A DNA stretch of 63,543 nt, counting the filler, from Cercozoa sp. M6MM (taxonomy: Eukaryota; Protista; Endomyxa: Ascetosporea): assembly GCA_040357565.1 (NCBI GenBank). It is 12 parts of 12 records of this genome, joined end to end, with 100 filler letters (N's around TTAATTAATTAA, not from the genome) between each part and the next. Parts side by side here need not be neighbours in the genome. Positions count along the whole stretch, not along the records: positions 60,243 to 63,543 come from JBDODJ010001515.1; 11 more parts are not named here. The stretch is one strand, 5' to 3'. Under the pieces are notes generated by a model. The model did not search any database. It had not been told where the DNA came from and was given only the letters and a program-made list of their open reading frames with translations. The translations under genes were made by a program, and so were the position numbers. Positions 61,350-63,543 of this stretch are shown one piece after another; positions within the stretch are counted from its first letter, which is position 1, and every line of letters begins with the position of its first letter.

Positions 61350-63521
61350 CTGCTGGTATTCGGAGTGCTCCGGTCGAAGCTGATCGGCTGCCACGTAGCG
61401 TCGCAGGTGCGCATAACCGCGTGGCAGCAGGGTCACGCTCTGTCACAGACATACATGCACACACATATTATACATGTGCGAGTGTGAGTGTGAGTGAGAG
61501 TGTCTACCTGGGTCGTGTCCGACGGCAGTGCTGCGAAGGAGTCGCCGCGTGCCACGTGCTTGGGCTGCGTGCGCTTGCGGTGCGTGCTGCCGTTGATCTT
61601 GAGTGTCTCCGCCAGCGACTCCTCCTTCGAGTACAGCACTGCCGCCACTGTACACGCACACATACGATACGAGACATATCAATAAATAAATAGATACATA
61701 AATAAAGAAAAAAAAAAATATATATATATATAAAGGGAAAGGCACCATCGCGCAGGCACACGGTGGACGAAGAGATGGCCACAATGAAGCGGTGCACCAG
61801 CGGCGGCATTACCAGCAGGAAGGCTTCCTCTTGTCTGCCCCCACATTGTTATACGTATTAATTATATGTGTATGCATACAGAAACAGACATAGAGATATC
61901 GATATCTACATGGGCCTACTTCTGACACAGCAGGAGCAGGCACTGCTCCATGTGCGTGGCACCGTCGTCACCGGCCGGACAACAGTACTCGCACGTGTCC
62001 GAGAAGACCACGTGCCACCGGTCGTCACCACGTGGCACACCGACGCCACGGTTCAGCAGCAAGTCGTCCAGCGACGACGCCAGGAAGCGTTGCAGCAGCT
62101 CGTCCTCGCCTGTACACACAAACAAGCTCCCTTTACCATAATTGTCAAGCCCCCTTAACTTTACACACATACACATGGTCCATTTGGACGGGGCAATTTT
62201 GTACCAACGCGCATGTAGTCCGTGCCCCAGCGCTCGCGTTCTCGTCGCTGCTCCTGCGCAGCAGTCGTCACTTTCATCACCCCCTTTAACCCCCTACCTC
62301 CTTTACCCACCCCTTTAACCCCTACCCCTTTTACCCCCCCCACCCCCTTACCCCCCCCCCATCTTACCCCCCCCCCCCACCCCAGCAGATAAAGTACCAG
62401 ACGCTGCTCGAGTTTCTCGCGGAATTGCCGCTCCGCCAGAAAGGACCTCCTGTATACACAGAGTGAGGCCTCCTTTAACAGAGCAGTGACCACCCTCTTA
62501 ATAGTGAGACCGCCCCCTTAACAACGGATTAAGGACGCACCTCTCGTGCTCGCGCGTGCCGGGCTCGCAGGCGGCAAAGAAACCGTTCACCTGCAGCACG
62601 GCCAGGTAGCGCTCGAACTTGCGCTGATGCGACGCCGACAGTGTCTCCCTGCACACACAGTGATCGATCAGTGATCGCAGAGTGATCGTAGAGCGATCGC
62701 ACTGAGGAAAAGTACCACTTGGCACGTGTGTCGCGCTCTTCCTCCTCCTCGCGTTGACGCTGCGCCTTGAGTCTACACACCCAAGAAATGTCGACCACAT
62801 GGTCACGCACGTGGTCACCCACTTGGCACCCAAGTGGTCACTCACATGGTCACTCATATAGTCACTCACGTGACCACTGATATCACTTATCATTGGAGCT
62901 GAGTACTCTGAGTTGTCTTCCTCCTTCTCGTCCTCGTCCTCCGATTTCTTCAGCATGCTGTACGGAGATAGAAGATAACCACCGCCCCGGGGGGCAAACA
63001 GGGGGGTAAAGGGGGGCAGAACGCACAGCACGCCGCGCGTGGTGCGCACGACGTCGCCGACGACGCTGCCGAGCCGGCCGCCCAGTGCGCCCATCAGCCG
63101 CTGCGACGACGTCTTGCCGCTGTCGGCTCTCTGCGCACACGTGTTCACTCAGTCAGTCAGTCAGTCAGTCAGTCAGTCAGTCAAGCCCTCCCCCCAGTGT
63201 GGCACGTGTCCACCCAGTATGGCCAGTCAGAGTGAGGCCAGTCAGAGTGAGGCCACAGAGACACAGACACCGAGCGTGGCAGTAGTAAGTACCTCCAGGT
63301 GCGAGTACGTCAGGTCCACGGTGCGATCGCTGATGCGCGTGAAACTCACACCGACGCGCACGTGCCGCCAGTCCGACCGATCGCCGTCGCGTGTCAGTGT
63401 CACCGTCACGCCTTCAGTGCGCCACGTGTCGCCGCTGATCTCGTCGCCACCGTCACTCGCACTCTGGCCCAGTTGGCGCAGTCGCGCACGTGGCAGGTAC
63501 AACGTGCCCGTGTAGTCTACA
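61073..63521 (-). CDS. Multi-exon protein of unknown function, 3' part
   Basis: Consistent minus-strand exons including KFERYLAVLQVNGFFAACEPGTREHER|RSFLAERQFREKL and WHVVFSDTCEYCC; ends ...VPFSLLPT*. Confidence 0.6.
62791..62887. repeat. Intronic minisatellite of about 12-bp (CAC)GTGGTCAC units
   Basis: The same family occurs at 38991-39070 and, inverted, at 39533-39590 on another scaffold. Confidence 0.8.
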
Positions 63522-63543
63522 ACACACACAAGTTTTACCCCCC

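Overview
Eukaryotic DNA from an intron-rich, probably heterotrophic protist, read with the standard genetic code (TAA, TAG and TGA all end genes). The lineage cannot be fixed from this window. It is not one locus: 12 short scaffolds are concatenated with an artificial 100-bp spacer (44N-TTAATTAATTAA-44N), so neighbourhoods across spacers are meaningless. Genes are split by many short GT-AG introns (typically about 50-80 nt), so the ORF track is mostly misleading; I spliced the genes by eye. Recognisable genes: a mitochondrial CPS III/CPS1-type carbamoyl-phosphate synthetase, RPS6, a class C GPCR-like 7TM gene, a >16-kb giant cysteine-repeat surface protein gene, a CCDC177/185-like coiled-coil protein, RhoGAP, SNRNP40, a rhomboid, prolyl-tRNA synthetase, an NTE-type patatin, a TTP-like CCCH protein, an M20 peptidase, FEN1, ALA dehydratase, TRM3/TARBP1, a SENP8-like protease, a CDGSH protein and an M19 dipeptidase. 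Most notable: (1) a CDGSH [2Fe-2S] protein with a C-terminal membrane anchor and CPV heme-motif-like sites; (2) a urea-cycle-type CPS that keeps its glutaminase Cys; (3) kb-scale sequence 'dialect' domains that cross exons, introns and genes, with intron minisatellite families including a G4/telomere-like 12-mer; (4) a stray Pumilio exon inside an intron; (5) acceptor AGs abutting start codons; (6) strong strand alternation of neighbouring genes. No rRNA, tRNA, CRISPR array or clear transposon was seen.
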